Assembly: GCA_032718475.1 (NCBI GenBank)
Contig: JAUCBJ010006864.1
Coordinates: 38,350-102,349, forward strand
Length of the DNA: 64,000 bases
Reading direction: 5' to 3'
Origin: Nemertoderma westbladi
Taxonomy: Eukaryota; Animalia; Xenacoelomorpha
Positions within the stretch are counted from its first letter, which is position 1. Each line of letters begins with the position of its first letter. Positions 11,036-23,396 of the stretch are shown here, one piece after another. The position numbers and the translations under genes are program-made. Under the pieces are notes generated by a model. It searched no databases, was not told where the DNA came from, and worked only from the letters and a program-made list of their open reading frames with translations.

Positions 11036-14000
11036 ATGTCTGACGCAAAGCAGAACCTGTCAGACAGTCTACTAGATACAACCGAAAGCAAAGTGACAGC
11101 AGAGAGACCGCGAACGAGAGACGCTATCGACATCTATCTGTCAGACTATCAACGTTTCCTAGGTGATGAAGAGTTGAGGAGACGACTGTCTGGACTTCGC
11201 CCTAATAGTGAAGGAGCCAAGCTTGTGTTGGACGCAATCGATGTAGATAGGTTAGCTGCGAACCAAGCTAAATTCGATGAAAGCATCCGCCTCACTAAGG
11301 TTCAAGAGGAACAAGTAAAGAAAAAACGGATAGAAGACAGAAAGACAGCAGCAGCAGCAATGGCAGCGGCAGAAACGGAAAGAAAAGCGACAGAGGCAGC
11401 GGCAGAGGCAAAAGCAGCAGCTGCAGCAGTAGAAGCGGAAAGAAAAGCGGCAGCGGCAGAGGCAAAAGCAGCAGCTGCAGCAGTAGAAGCGGAAAGAAAG
11501 GCGGCAGCGGCAGAAGCGGAAAGAAAGATAGCAGTGGCAGAAGCAGAACGGAGGGCATCTGAAGAGACAACCCAACTAGAGTTGGAAAATCTTCAAGAGA
11601 GGCAAGACAACTTCAATAAACAGTTAACAGCTAGTCAAATCCAGATGATGAGACGATCTACTCACAAACGGCAGGGATTTACATCATCTGATGAAGGCGA
11701 TACCACCGATCCTGAAGGTGGATGAAATAGATCTCGTCTAAGCAGCCGTAGAAGAATGTCCCACCGTCAGAAATTGCCTGATTTGCCCCCAACTGTTAGA
11801 AGGCAACTAACTAACACAGGCTTAGGTAGTACAGAACCCACAGACCAAATAATTAAAATAGAAAGACTCCCTACTATAGTAGATGAGCCTGAAATAATTA
11901 GGCCTGTTCTTGAAATCACCCCTTCGGTGATAGAGACACCTGTGCTCCCAGAACCTATCTCTAAATTCCCTCTTCACAGCACTAGACTGCCTGTGCCCCA
12001 CAGAACCACCCCTGAAAATGTTCATGTCCCTGACTCCGAGCGAAATATTAATGATTTGTCGCCCGTTGTCCCTCGTCCACCCGCTACAACGTTGGTGAAT
12101 CCTGCTTCGGCGGTTGATTGGGTGGATGAGAGACAGCGGGGGATGGATCTCCTGCTCGGGCAGATGCAGGAGACTGTTAAGCAGTTCAAGGGCACAGTAA
12201 GGGAAAGTAGGTTAGAGTTGCAAGAAGTGCAGCAAAGTATCACGTTAGAACGCGATAAATTAGTAAATACACAAAAGGGTATACCACCACCCCCGGTAAC
12301 AATGTGTCAACCTGTTAGGTCTGAAGTATCTCATGCGCAAGGTGTGGAGCCTACACGCATCTATACTGCTAGCGAAGTAGAAACTCCTATAGTGAACCCT
12401 ATTAAGGGTAATTATAAACCTGTGGACAATGATATTCCCTATAGACCTGATTATAATCCGAGAAATTTATATACCAATAACTCGATATTAAATAACACGA
12501 TGGCCCAAGAAAGTTTTACTCGTCAAATGGCTAGAACCGAAGCCCATCAAGCGGTAAAGGTGGGAGAGATTAGTCAAGTTCAATGGAGATGAGATGAAAT
12601 GGTTACCTTTTAATGAATATTATAAAGATAACATACAGAACTCTGTGATATCTAACGGAGAGAAACTGAGATTCCTCATCGAGTGTTTGGAAGGATCTCC
12701 CAAGTTAATGGCGTTAAAGTTTATTGGACATCCAGATGGATTAAGACAAGTTTGGGATACACTAAACATCAGGTATGGTAATAGGACTAACATAGCTAGG
12801 TATTTATATGCGAAATTAATGGCGCCCCGAAAGTTTCTTAGCAGCGGGATTATAGAGTTTTCCGACGAGATTCAGGAGATCTGTAGACAACTAGATTGGT
12901 TAGGTAAGTCTCATGAATACCAGAATTCTATGGTTGTAGGAGCCTTAGCATCTACTTTGCCCAAGGGTAGAGTAGGTACACGCTGGGACAAGAAAGTGTT
13001 ATATATGATGGAACAACAACGAAGAGACCCTACCATGGCTGATCTCATGTCATTCTTAGACAGAGAGGTAAAATTACAGCTCCTAAAACAGTCCAGAGAG
13101 AAGACACCGGAAAATAAGGTAAGTGAGAAACCCGTTTCTAGGAGAAAGGTAATACCAGTGTGTTATACCGACGACGGCGAAAGCCAGACTTCTCAAGGAG
13201 AGGACAGCGGGAAAGACACTGAAAGATCTTATTATGTCAATAAAACGCCTAAAGAACAGGTAAGTAAATTCAAGTCTCGAACCCATGACAGGAGAGAACA
13301 GATAAGAAAAACTCCTCCTACGTCTCCTAAGAGAATTCATAGAAGAAAGCCCGAGGAAAGAACAAGTGTGCACCGCACAGCACAGGTTAAAGTAAGTAAC
13401 ATCAAGCCCAAATGTGTGTTGTGCGACGGGCCCCACCGTTTAAGTGCGTGTGATGAATTCCTGAGGAAATCATTAAAAGATAGACGTGAAGTCATGTGGG
13501 ATAAGCGGTTGTGTTATAATTGCCTCAGACGAGGACACCAACGGCGAACCTGTTACTCTGACGCAAGGTGTGCAAAGTGCGGTGCAAAACATCATATCTT
13601 GTTGCACACTGAATTTGAACGAAACAGCCCGAGTCAGGTAAGTGAGTCCGAACTGCATGTCCAATTCAGTGATGTGAACGACACTGACCAAAGTTCTGAG
13701 ATGGAAGGATTCTATACAGACGAATTCTCCGACCAAGACGAATCCTGTTACCTAATAAATACCGCAGTGTATCGAGCACTTAAGTATGAAAGAGACCCCG
13801 ACAGCGACCTTACCCTAACTACTTCTGATCGACAACCATCTTGGAAAGCGCCAACTTCCAATGTAGGAATCCGAGAATTTCCTGTAGTACAGTTAAGGGT
13901 CCACGGACCTAAAAGGAGTTATATAGTGAACGCCCTCCTTGACTCCGGTAGCACAGGAACATTCATCGACAAAGAACTAGCCGAAGACATCTTTGCTGGA

Positions 14001-14846
14001 CAACCCAAGTTCCGAACTAAGCTAAACATGTCAGGAATTATGCAGGTTTGGAAATCTACCGTAATAGCTGATTATTATGTAGGTGCATTGTCCACCCCCC
14101 AGGATGAACTAGGAGAACATAGTATAAGGTCAGTAAAGATGGTGGCGATAAAGAACTTCGCTACCAGCCAAGTGGAACCTTATAACTGGGATGAGGACGA
14201 TTTCACCCAGCAGCTTGAAATACCTAGATTCGACACCGATTACCCTGGAGTGCAAATACTCATCGGTCAAAACGCGCATGAAGCACTCGAGACATTGGAG
14301 AAACGGCCTGCTCAACCGCAACCACTACAAACTTATGCGGGAAGAACTAGAGTAGGTTGGTACCTTACTGGTCCGTCCCGTAGAACACTCATGGAAAGGT
14401 TGCCCAAAGAACGGGTCTACCACGTAATTAAATGGGAAGTGGAGAGCAGTGAGGTGGACGATCCAACTGAGGAAATACCATACTCCTCAGATAATGACGA
14501 TATTAACTCCAATGTAGATCAATGGAGACATTGTCTTGGGATGATTAATCCAGCCGACATCGCTTCCAGAGGAGCAACTCCTCAAGAACTGATAGATACT
14601 CCAGGTTGGCTAGGTGGACCCGACTTCCTAAGTAAAGAAGAAGATGAATGGCCTCCTCATCTTACCACGGTGGAGATTAGACAGGCCAAGGGAGCGGAGA
14701 AAGTAACACAACAACTCAATCACCCAGCTGGTCGTTTATGTTTACTGGAAAGAGACCGAAAACTGTCCGGAAACTATGGAAGGCAAGATACTCTTCCTAC
14801 GACCACCTCCCTAATCCGACAAATATCTAGGGACTCCATAACATAA
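11036..14846 (+). pseudogene. BEL/Pao gag-protease fused to the RNase H C-terminal tail; one in-frame TGA (11723) and one frameshift (about 12570)
   Basis: Ala/Glu coiled coil, then FNGD..W..F / EKLRFL (DUF1759-like). Knuckles are CX2CX3HX4C, CX2CX4HX4C and CX2CX3HX4H. Also ALLDSGS, ILIG and QWRHC.G..NPADIASRG...WLGGPDFL. Confidence 0.88.
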
Positions 14847-15370
14847 CAACATACGGAGTGGGTGTGTGACTATATTATTTTATATTTGTTTTTTATTATT
14901 TTATATTTATGTACGTATTATTATGTAATTTTATTATAATCGTTTTCTTTAATTTTATTTAGTAGAAGGTTATTTAAGCGATTATTTAGTAGATTAGTGC
15001 AATATATTAGTGTTTATTACTTAAGTACTTATATATTATATATTTAGTGCGACGGCAAGAAATAATTATTTTTCTTTTTCCTTACTGTCCGTATCATATT
15101 ATAAATACGTGACTACAGTAAGATGAAATATCTGTACTTATTAAAGTACCATAAAGCTCCTACTATATTCAAGTATTATTGGTAGGCAGAGTATTAGGAA
15201 TGCAAAGTTCAGATCCTCGTGTCTCGGCTAAACCAAGCTCTGGGTAGACCTTGGAAACGACTTGCCTCTTCACACTGACATTGCTTCGTGTGATATTGCT
15301 CTCATACCGTATATTAAATAATACATATAGTAGCGTGATGTCTCTTTAACAGTAGCGTAAAACGCAAAAT

Positions 15371-15682
15371 AAATCTGTTAAACCCTTTGACCATCTGTAA
15401 TTCTAGTCGATTAAGATATCGCGGCACCCACCGATATACTTGAAAGACAAAATTTAGAATCAGTGGTTAACGTTCCCAGACAAGTTCTGGAATAAATTGG
15501 TACCCATCTTAAATATTATATAATTAATATTTATAAAATTCTATAAATCAAAATCCGTTAAAATTTAGATCCTTTGGAATTATAGTCAATTAAGATATCG
15601 TAGTACTTACCGATACTCTTAAAAGGACAAATTTCCTAGAATTAAGGATCCTCGTCCCCAGACATGCTCTGGAATAAAATTG
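15371..15682 (+). other. Two diverged copies (15371-15500, 15551-15682) of a predicted structured RNA module in the BEL 3' region
   Basis: Both copies form the same long hairpin plus a CCAGA-N5-TCTGG hairpin, with compensatory stem differences. Confidence 0.55.
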
Positions 15683-16505
15683 TGTCTATTTAATATTAAA
15701 TAATAAAATTACGGGAATAAATTTAAATTCATTTTTAATGAATTTGATAAGTTGTTATTTTATACAATTTATAACATTCCCAAAATTCCATTAATTAATA
15801 GATCATGGGAGCGGAGATTCACCCTATTAAGTGTATGAGAGTGCGAGAATCTCCAATATATGGTCAATAGCCGATAAAATTCATAAAATCATATATAAAG
15901 AGGGATATTGACAATTAAAGAATTACTATTAAATAGCATTCCAGATCTGTATGCATGAGAATTACCCTAATTCTACTGCTAGCTTTCCATAATGTCACCA
16001 TAGCAACAACCACGCTAGAATTAGAAACGAGTTAACAGAACAATAAAAGCTTGCCCATTGAATAGCATACGGAATAAATAGCACACCGCGAGTATCCAAG
16101 GATACACAATAACAACGTGACATTCTGGAAAGCACTTGACTAACGGACAAATGGCCCGAATGTGTGATAGAATGTGTACAATTTGTGACAGTTACGTGGA
16201 ATTTGTGCGTTTGTAGGTGAATGTTACTACTAAGGTGTGTTTACAGTAGCGAGTCGCAGTTGTGAAAGTAACCTTAACTCTGCAGTAAGAACCTGAAGTA
16301 AATCTATGCCCTTGGGACGGACAGTGGAGTGACTCGTGCCGGTTATCGTTGTCGTTGTGTAGCTACTACGTTGGCGAAAAACACAGCGACGACGGTATAT
16401 CGGCGCTGAGGATCTTGCACTGTCCGGGGGCTGAGAGGGGTAGGCGGCGAAGCTCGCTGGCCTAATTATAACTCATTATAACATTGATAAACTCATATAG
16501 CAGAT

Positions 16506-18047
16506 ATGACTGAGTTGATAGAAGATGATCTTGGTATCAGGGAGCGATATACTCTACCTTTACAAGCGTTTGTTGATAGCTTGATACGCGGCGACGCTGG
16601 TCCAACTACTACGAAGGACGATGGTCGTTATATCGAACCGCCAATGTCCCAGGAGCAACTTACGCGTGAGTTGGACTATAGAAAATTCACCGCTCGCTAT
16701 ACGCATCGTAATGGTACGTATATGGGCTTCTTAACTACTGGTCATCCTATCGATTTACACGATACGGACGATGTCGACACCGAAAGGGAAATGGTTTTAT
16801 TTAAATATCATACCCAGCGGAAGCGGAACGATAAACTGAGACTCGAACACGACAATTCTATTTGAAACCGACTCGAAAGTGTAGGATGTTGAAGAGCCGG
16901 ATAAATGCAGCGACTTCAACAAATATCTGGAATTCTTGAGAGAAACATATCTCAATATTACCAGTCAACAGAATCTAGAAACTCGATATCCTCAAGGTAT
17001 ACATCATGACCGCATGGTAGAACTCAAACGGCTCTATTCCACTATGATGTATCTTACCGCCGATCGATCGCTACCTGTTGTATCGGATAGCTTCGAACAG
17101 ATGGAGGAATATTGTAAACTGGAGAAAGATCACTCGCGTTTCCCCTACAAGACGTGCGTCTTTGGTATTATTGCGATGAATGCCCTAGACCCAACCAACA
17201 AACGGAAAGACATAAACATCTGCGGAGATGTTGCGCTAAACACGGTTTTACTCGCTATACTTACGGGAGTTTCGAGCAAATTTGTTTGACGTATCACCTA
17301 CGCTCGTTCGACTCAGACGATCCTTAAATAAACCAATGATCAGAGTTCCGGAATACTTGATCAGACCTCCTCATTCCATAATGAGACCTCAGACTCTTGA
17401 TCCTATTAGTATGACGGATCCTCCCGAGCTGTACTCACTGTTCAAAGATCTAGTGTTAACCTAACAATTAGTCGGTGGCACTCCGGTTGTGGGCTCCCTA
17501 AATATCCGCCCATCTTACCTGGCCAGATTGGGGCGCGGACACCTAATATCGCCATTCAACCATATAATCTTCCCCGTTCAACACGATACAACCCGTCATC
17601 GAGGTGGAGGAGAGCGTTGCACGAAACGAGTTAGACGCTATTCTACCAAAGATCAGAAAAGAAACCTACGTTTGTTCAGATAAACTTAAATTGTAACAGC
17701 AAGTCCAAGCGGTAAACGGATTGACTTTATCTCAGTTCGATCGGGAAATCCAGAATCTCTAGGACGATATCGAACTTGGACGACCCTATTATCTACGAGA
17801 GTTTTTGGACGAACGTATCCAACGACGAGCGGAGGAAAATCAGCTCGAGGAGAAGCATATCGAAATGGACGAGACACCGGCCGTAACCCTAAACCTTCTG
17901 ATGCAATTGTATTGCACCCTTCCCGCAGGAGTTATAGCCCTCCTAGTAAAGTGGCTCGCCCCAAAGAGAAAAGGACTCTTGCTAGTCTCAAAAAACTGCG
18001 TAAACGCCGTCCTCGCAAGAAAAACTAACTGTTTAGAGTATTCTTAG
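16506..18047 (+). pseudogene. Disrupted additional 3' ORF of unknown function inside the BEL element (about 500 codons)
   Basis: Consecutive coding-like + strand ORF pieces, joined by stops and frameshifts, run up to just before the PPT. There is no recognisable RT, INT or env motif. Confidence 0.6.
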
Positions 18048-18106
18048 ATTTTAGAAACTGTGATTTTTTATATTTTATAGAATTAAATCCCATTTTCTGG
18101 GAGCGG

Positions 18107-19315
18107 TGTAAAGGCTTTTGCGGGATTAGCTAGTCATTTTTTCCCCGCAAAGTACTCTGTAGATGTTTTGAAGGACATAAAAGTCGTTTCCTTACTGTAC
18201 CGGTATTTTAGTGGACATAAAAAGCTATTTTTCTGAATGTGTACTTTGGCGGACACAACTAGCAATCCTATGTCGCAATACGCCATAATACTCTCTACAC
18301 AGTGTAGTTCAGATTACGACATCTATCAGCTGATTTGGTGTACTCGTGGAAGTTTCTTTGTTCAGGCCCACTCTGTGCAATCACTCAACCAATCAGAGCG
18401 ATTATCTTGCTTTTTGTACAGAAACCTCCGAGAAATCGCGCAATGCATTACGGTTTATGTTTACCTTTTTTCCTAATGCTACGAACATCGGCTGTGGAAT
18501 AATTCTGTGTTTCAGACTTTAGCCAAACATTAGAACGGCTTGATTACAGGAACGTATAACTGTTACCGGTACGGTACCGGTACCTTACGGTACCACCGTG
18601 CACTCAATGCATTATGGCCTTTCACCGCATTATTTTACTGCTATTTACTGTCGGTTATTAATTGTATCAGTTGATGGAATATTATTGTTTTTTGGATAAT
18701 ATCGAGAAAGAATCATGAAAACCCCATCTTCTTGATATACTGAAGGTAAGAGACAGGTTACATATAGCAATTGCGACTCATATTATATTGGTTTTGGAGT
18801 GAATCTAATGCTATTTCATAAGCACTACATGGGTCAATTGCTGTTCTCTTTATATGTGACTAAAATTAGTAAAGGTCGGCAGATTGGTGTGCAGTATTGT
18901 GCGATAGAGTGCATGGTTTGCCTGGTAACTAAGCATCTCCTAAAGAATGCGCCTTATACGTGAATCATAAGCCATACCGTTGTGTTTAGTATAAGTCATA
19001 ACTCTGTTTACATAATTAGAGCGCCACGTCCTAAAGGAACTGTTAATATTTCCCGAAAGTGAATAATATTTGTCAGAGATTATATATTAACGATCAATCG
19101 AATAATACAGTAGGCTTACAACGCAATAAGGTCAAGTCTTCCGAATCCAGTCTCCCGGGTATATCCAACGGGTGAATGGTCGCGCACAAGGCTGGCTTCG
19201 GCTAATGTAGTGTTTATTTGTATCAAATACTTGTCATAGGCTAAAGTCGATTTATAATCTAAAAGACATATAAATTTGGCAGGTTAAACTGCTAAAGGTC
19301 TTAAAAGCGCGAACA
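18107..19315 (+). repeat. 3' LTR of the BEL element (1209 bp)
   Basis: Runs TGTAAAGG...GCGAACA and is followed by the TSD CTTGT. Confidence 0.95.
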
Positions 19316-20320
19316 CTTGTGACGTAACTACTGCATATCCATGACCAATTCTACCAGAAAAACTGCGAAAACCAATATTTAATGAGCTGCATGGATAAAA
19401 AGCAACTGTTCGAATAATAACCAGCCGATACATTTGGAAGCATGCCAAGAGAGATATCACTGAATGGTGGTGTAGAGCCTGCCTTACATGCCAACAAAAT
19501 AAAATCCTTAACATTGGAAGGCTCCTCTTAAACCATTCCCACTAACTCAGAGATTTACCCACGTTCACTCCGATATTGTTGGACCCCTACCAACATGTAC
19601 TGGCGACCAACCATATCAATACATTGTGACCTTTATAGACCGCAATACAGGACGGGTTAAGGCAAGTCCAGTTACTTCAATAACTGCTGAATCCACAGCT
19701 GCAGCATTTATCCAGAGTTGGTTCTCACGATTTGGTAGACCTCTCTATCTAACAACTGACAGAGGTAAACAGTTCGAGTCTGAACTCATGTCTAAGATTT
19801 CCAAACTCATTGGTTTTCAGCGTATGAGGACTACTTTATACCACCCACAATCCAATGGAAGATAGAAAGATTTCACAGAATAATGAAATCTCCACCCAAA
19901 GCCCGAAAGGAAGAGTGGTGTGACGCCCTACCCATTACTCTCTTCAGTCACCATATCACAGAGTCCCATGTAACAGGAGTCTCGAACTTGTTACTGGCTC
20001 AAAGGCTCTCCTCCCAGCCAGTGTAGTACCAACAGATGAGACATTCAATTCGGACTTCGTAAACAAACTACACAAACATGAAATCGAGTACCGAATAATA
20101 GAGAATTCTAATAGCCACATTGCAACCGCGACAAAAACTCACGTTCCAGCGCGACTACAGACTTGTGAACAGGTGTTCGACCGGGTTAAGAAACCACTTG
20201 AGGCGCCCTATCAAGGCCCCTTCGAGGTTTTGACACACTCAGACAAACTATTTGTGATACTAAAACACCTGCAGGCGAACAGACTATCTATCGATCGCTT
20301 AAAGCCGTGCCACATACTCT
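19316..20320 (+). pseudogene. Gypsy pol fragment 3 (integrase)
   Basis: Motifs ELHG...CRACLTCQQNK, HVHSDIVGPLP, TFIDR, TTDRGKQFES, YHPQSNG..ERFHR, PYQGPFEV and IDRLKP, with stops and frameshifts. Confidence 0.9.
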
Positions 20321-20367
20321 GTACTGTTTAAACCCCACCCACCATTCCATTTTTAGGATGGTGGAGT

Positions 20368-20744
20368 TGTGTAGTGCGAGCAACAGAGGTGTGCAGCATG
20401 CCTGTATGAACTAGAATAATTCGAACTGACATTTAATATATCATACATACTGTAAATCCCTAATAACATTGACACTAACTTAGAAGCATGAAGACCACAT
20501 AATGTAGTGTAGTAAATATCCTATTAGTTCCTATTTTATTATCTTTTCCTACTCTGTTCTAAATAATATTTGTATGTCTACCATATTGATATTAGTGCCA
20601 TTATAGAATAGATAATGTAGTTAGTGATGCATGCGAGAGATTGTGTTATTTAAAGGCAAGATAGAAAAAGGAAGCAAGGAAAAACATTTAGAGAAACATT
20701 AAAACCTTAACTAATACAAATAAACTTCATTTTATAACTCCACA
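20368..20744 (+). repeat. Probable 3' LTR of the Gypsy element
   Basis: Follows the purine tract AGGATGGTGGAG, has TGTGTAGT...ACTCCACA ends and an AATAAA near the end. No partner LTR is in the window. Confidence 0.5.
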
Positions 20745-21140
20745 ATAAATAAACTTTACACTGCTATTATGGAACCGCAATAATTTTTATTGTCCGTTTT
20801 TATCCTTTTTTTGTCCTTTTTTTTTATTTTTTATGTCTTCCAAAAGTCTAATGTTATTCTGTATTTTAGTACCGGTACCGGCACTGGTACTGCTATAGGC
20901 CTACTGTGTAGCCTACCATTTAAATACGGTAATGGGAGGCCTACTGGCCTACCGGTTGTGCTAATAAATTTTAAATAATTGATAGGCGAAACTGGATTGC
21001 AGGATTGTGGAAAATGTGGATATATCTTTCACATAATTTAGGCCTATTACTGTAATAGTTTTATAATCAATAATGGATCATGACTACTGTCTGAGTAGTG
21101 TTACGGATAGCGGTACCACTACTTCCAACAGCACAGAAGG

Positions 21141-22195
21141 CCCGCCTCTGTAATCTGCCCCTTTCCCTCAATTAGCTAAATGATCGTTTATTGTTTTGGT
21201 TAGATAATCCCGCCTCTGTAACCTGCTCCTTTCCCTCAATTGGTAATGTTATCGTTTATTGTTTTGGTTAGAAAATCCCGCCTCTGTAACCTGCTCCTTT
21301 CTCTCAATTGGTAATGTTATTGTTTATTGTTTTGGTTAGAAAATCCTGTCTCTGTAACCTGCTCCTTTCCCTCAATTAGGTAAATGATCGTTTATTGTTT
21401 TGGTTAGAAAATCCCGTCTCTGTAACCTGCTCCTTTCCCTGATTTGGTAAAGTGACTGTTTATTGTTTTGGTTAGAAAGGCCCGCCTCTGTAACCTGCCC
21501 CTTTCCCTCAATTAGCTAAATGATCGTTTATTGTTTTGGTTAGATAATCCCGCCTCTGTAACCTGCTTCTTTCCCTCAATTGGTAATGTTATCGTTTATT
21601 GTTTTGGTTAGAAAATCCCGCCTCTGTAACCTGCTCCTTTCTCTCAATTGGTAATGTTATCGTTTATTGTTTTGGTTAGAAAATCCCGTCTCTGTAACCT
21701 GCTCCTTTCCCTCAATTAGTTAAATGATCGTTTATTGTTTTGGTTAGAAAATCCCGTCTCTGTAACCTGCTCCTTTCCCTGATTTGGTAAAGTGACTGTT
21801 TATTTGTTTTGGTTAGAAAATCCCGCCTCTGTAACCTGCTCCTTTCCCTCAATTAGTTTAAGTGATCGTTTATTGTTTTGGTTAGGAAATCCCGCCTCTG
21901 TAACCTGCTCCTTTCCCTCAATTGGTAATGTTATCGTTTATTGTTTTGGTTAGAAAATCCCGCCTCTGTAACCTGCTCCTTTCTCTCAATTGGTAATGTT
22001 ATCGTTTATTGTTTTGGTTAGAAAATCCCGTCTCTGTAACCTGCTCCTTTCCCTCAATTAGTTAAATGATCGTTTATTGTTTTGGTTAGAAAATCCCGTC
22101 TCTGTAACCTGCTCCTTTCCCTGATTTGGTAAAGTGAATGTTTATTGTTTTGGTTAGAAAACTCGGCCTTAACCTGCTCCTTTCCTTCAATTGGT
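21141..22195 (+). repeat. 68-bp satellite, about 15.5 units, organised as a 5-mer 340-bp higher-order repeat x3
   Basis: Unit CCCGCCTCTGTAACCTGCTCCTTTCCCTCAATT...TTTATTGTTTTGGTTAGAAAAT. The variant order recurs at 21141, 21481 and 21822. Confidence 0.93.
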
Positions 22196-22567
22196 AATTG
22201 TTTTTGGCTATAAAATGAGTGTTTTGCTACGTCATGTGGTAATCGATTATCGACAACAACCACAAACTATTAAATATAGAGTCTTTTTACCACAGGCGCA
22301 CATGGAAATCTATCTCATAGTCTATAAATCATGGAATCATGGAATGTTTTGGCACAGGCATAGTGAAATCCACTGTCTGACAGTCCAGAAATCAGCAGTC
22401 TGACAGTTTGAAGAAATACATACATAAAAAGTCATTAAAATGACAATAAAAGTCATTAAATGGACAACAAAAGTCATTATGCATAATTCGTAAAAAAAAA
22501 TGACAAAAAAAGTCAAATAAAAGGACATAAAAAATCACTGCCTTATGGAACTACTGTACTGTAACTG

Positions 22568-22661
22568 TATGGAGAATCGGGAAGCCTGGAAGGATCTCAT
22601 TTCCACCCGTCTGAATTCGCTCGACCTAATACTGTAGTAGTATAGTACAGTAGTAGTAGTA
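22568..22661 (+). mobile_element. RTE LINE extreme 3' end with (TAG)n tail
   Basis: Reads MENREAWKDLIST and matches the minus-strand copy at 58220-58290. Confidence 0.75.
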
Positions 22662-23396
22662 TAGGCCTAGGTGATTATAGCTGAGTATAGGTGAGTACGG
22701 TGTTAGCACGAACCCATTGCTTGAGATTCCAACTTTCAACTCCAAGTAAGATACTGTAGAACATTGTCTACTGGATTTTGAAAGTTGAAAGTTTACTTGT
22801 TATATGTGTTAATAATTTAATATCGTACACGAGCCTAAACTCGGCACTTCGTAAGTAGAAATTTACACCATTATATATAACAATATAGCATAAAATGTAT
22901 AGCCTAGCGCTAGCCTATCTAATTAATAATGCGCAACGCAAAGTAACTACAAACAATACCATTTCCCCCATAGATAATTGGCGCCAACTACTAGCGAGGT
23001 ATTGTTAGACAACCTCTGTTACGATTTTCTACAGTGACGAGGCCGCAAACCTTCCATTGTAAAGTTCCAGTATTTTTGTATTCCCTGAATCAATCACATA
23101 GTGTTACCCACCGATGTTGGTAAGGGATAGAGGCTCGATGTTCTTAGTAGCTACCGGTGTATTTGTTACATCTAGTGTATATTGGATCTAATAGGTACCG
23201 AATTCTATACCCACGTCCACTTATAAGGCGCTCCACTGCCCTAAGCATTGTAGCTGCTGCATTCAGTATTACAGTCAGCCAAACCCATAAAGTATTAAAG
23301 GCCCCGCCTGGTGAGGTTTGTGTCATTAATTTCACTTATATTGGTAATATTTAGGATGTCACATTTATACGTCAGTTAGTCTGAATTGTATTAAAT

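Larger units (their letters stand above)
4991..19315 (+). mobile_element. BEL/Pao-type LTR retrotransposon, non-autonomous (no RT or integrase)
   Basis: Two LTRs with TGT...ACA ends and a 5-bp TSD CTTGT (4986-4990, 19316-19320). Purine tract GGGAGCGG precedes the 3' LTR. Gag has three Zn knuckles, a DSG protease and a BEL RNase H tail (NPADIASRG). Confidence 0.92.

Noticed and set aside
11252-11575. Cys-rich and Leu-rich minus-strand ORFs (also 61892-63362)
   Set aside because: They are antisense shadows of low-complexity gag coiled-coil sequence.
11723-12594. Programmed readthrough or frameshift in the BEL gag
   Set aside because: The TGA is consistent with CGA->TGA decay, and no slippery heptamer lies at the shift. 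Simple mutation is more likely.
21141-22195. CRISPR-like appearance of regular repeats (also 40448-41436)
   Set aside because: There are no unique spacers and no cas genes, and the context is eukaryotic.
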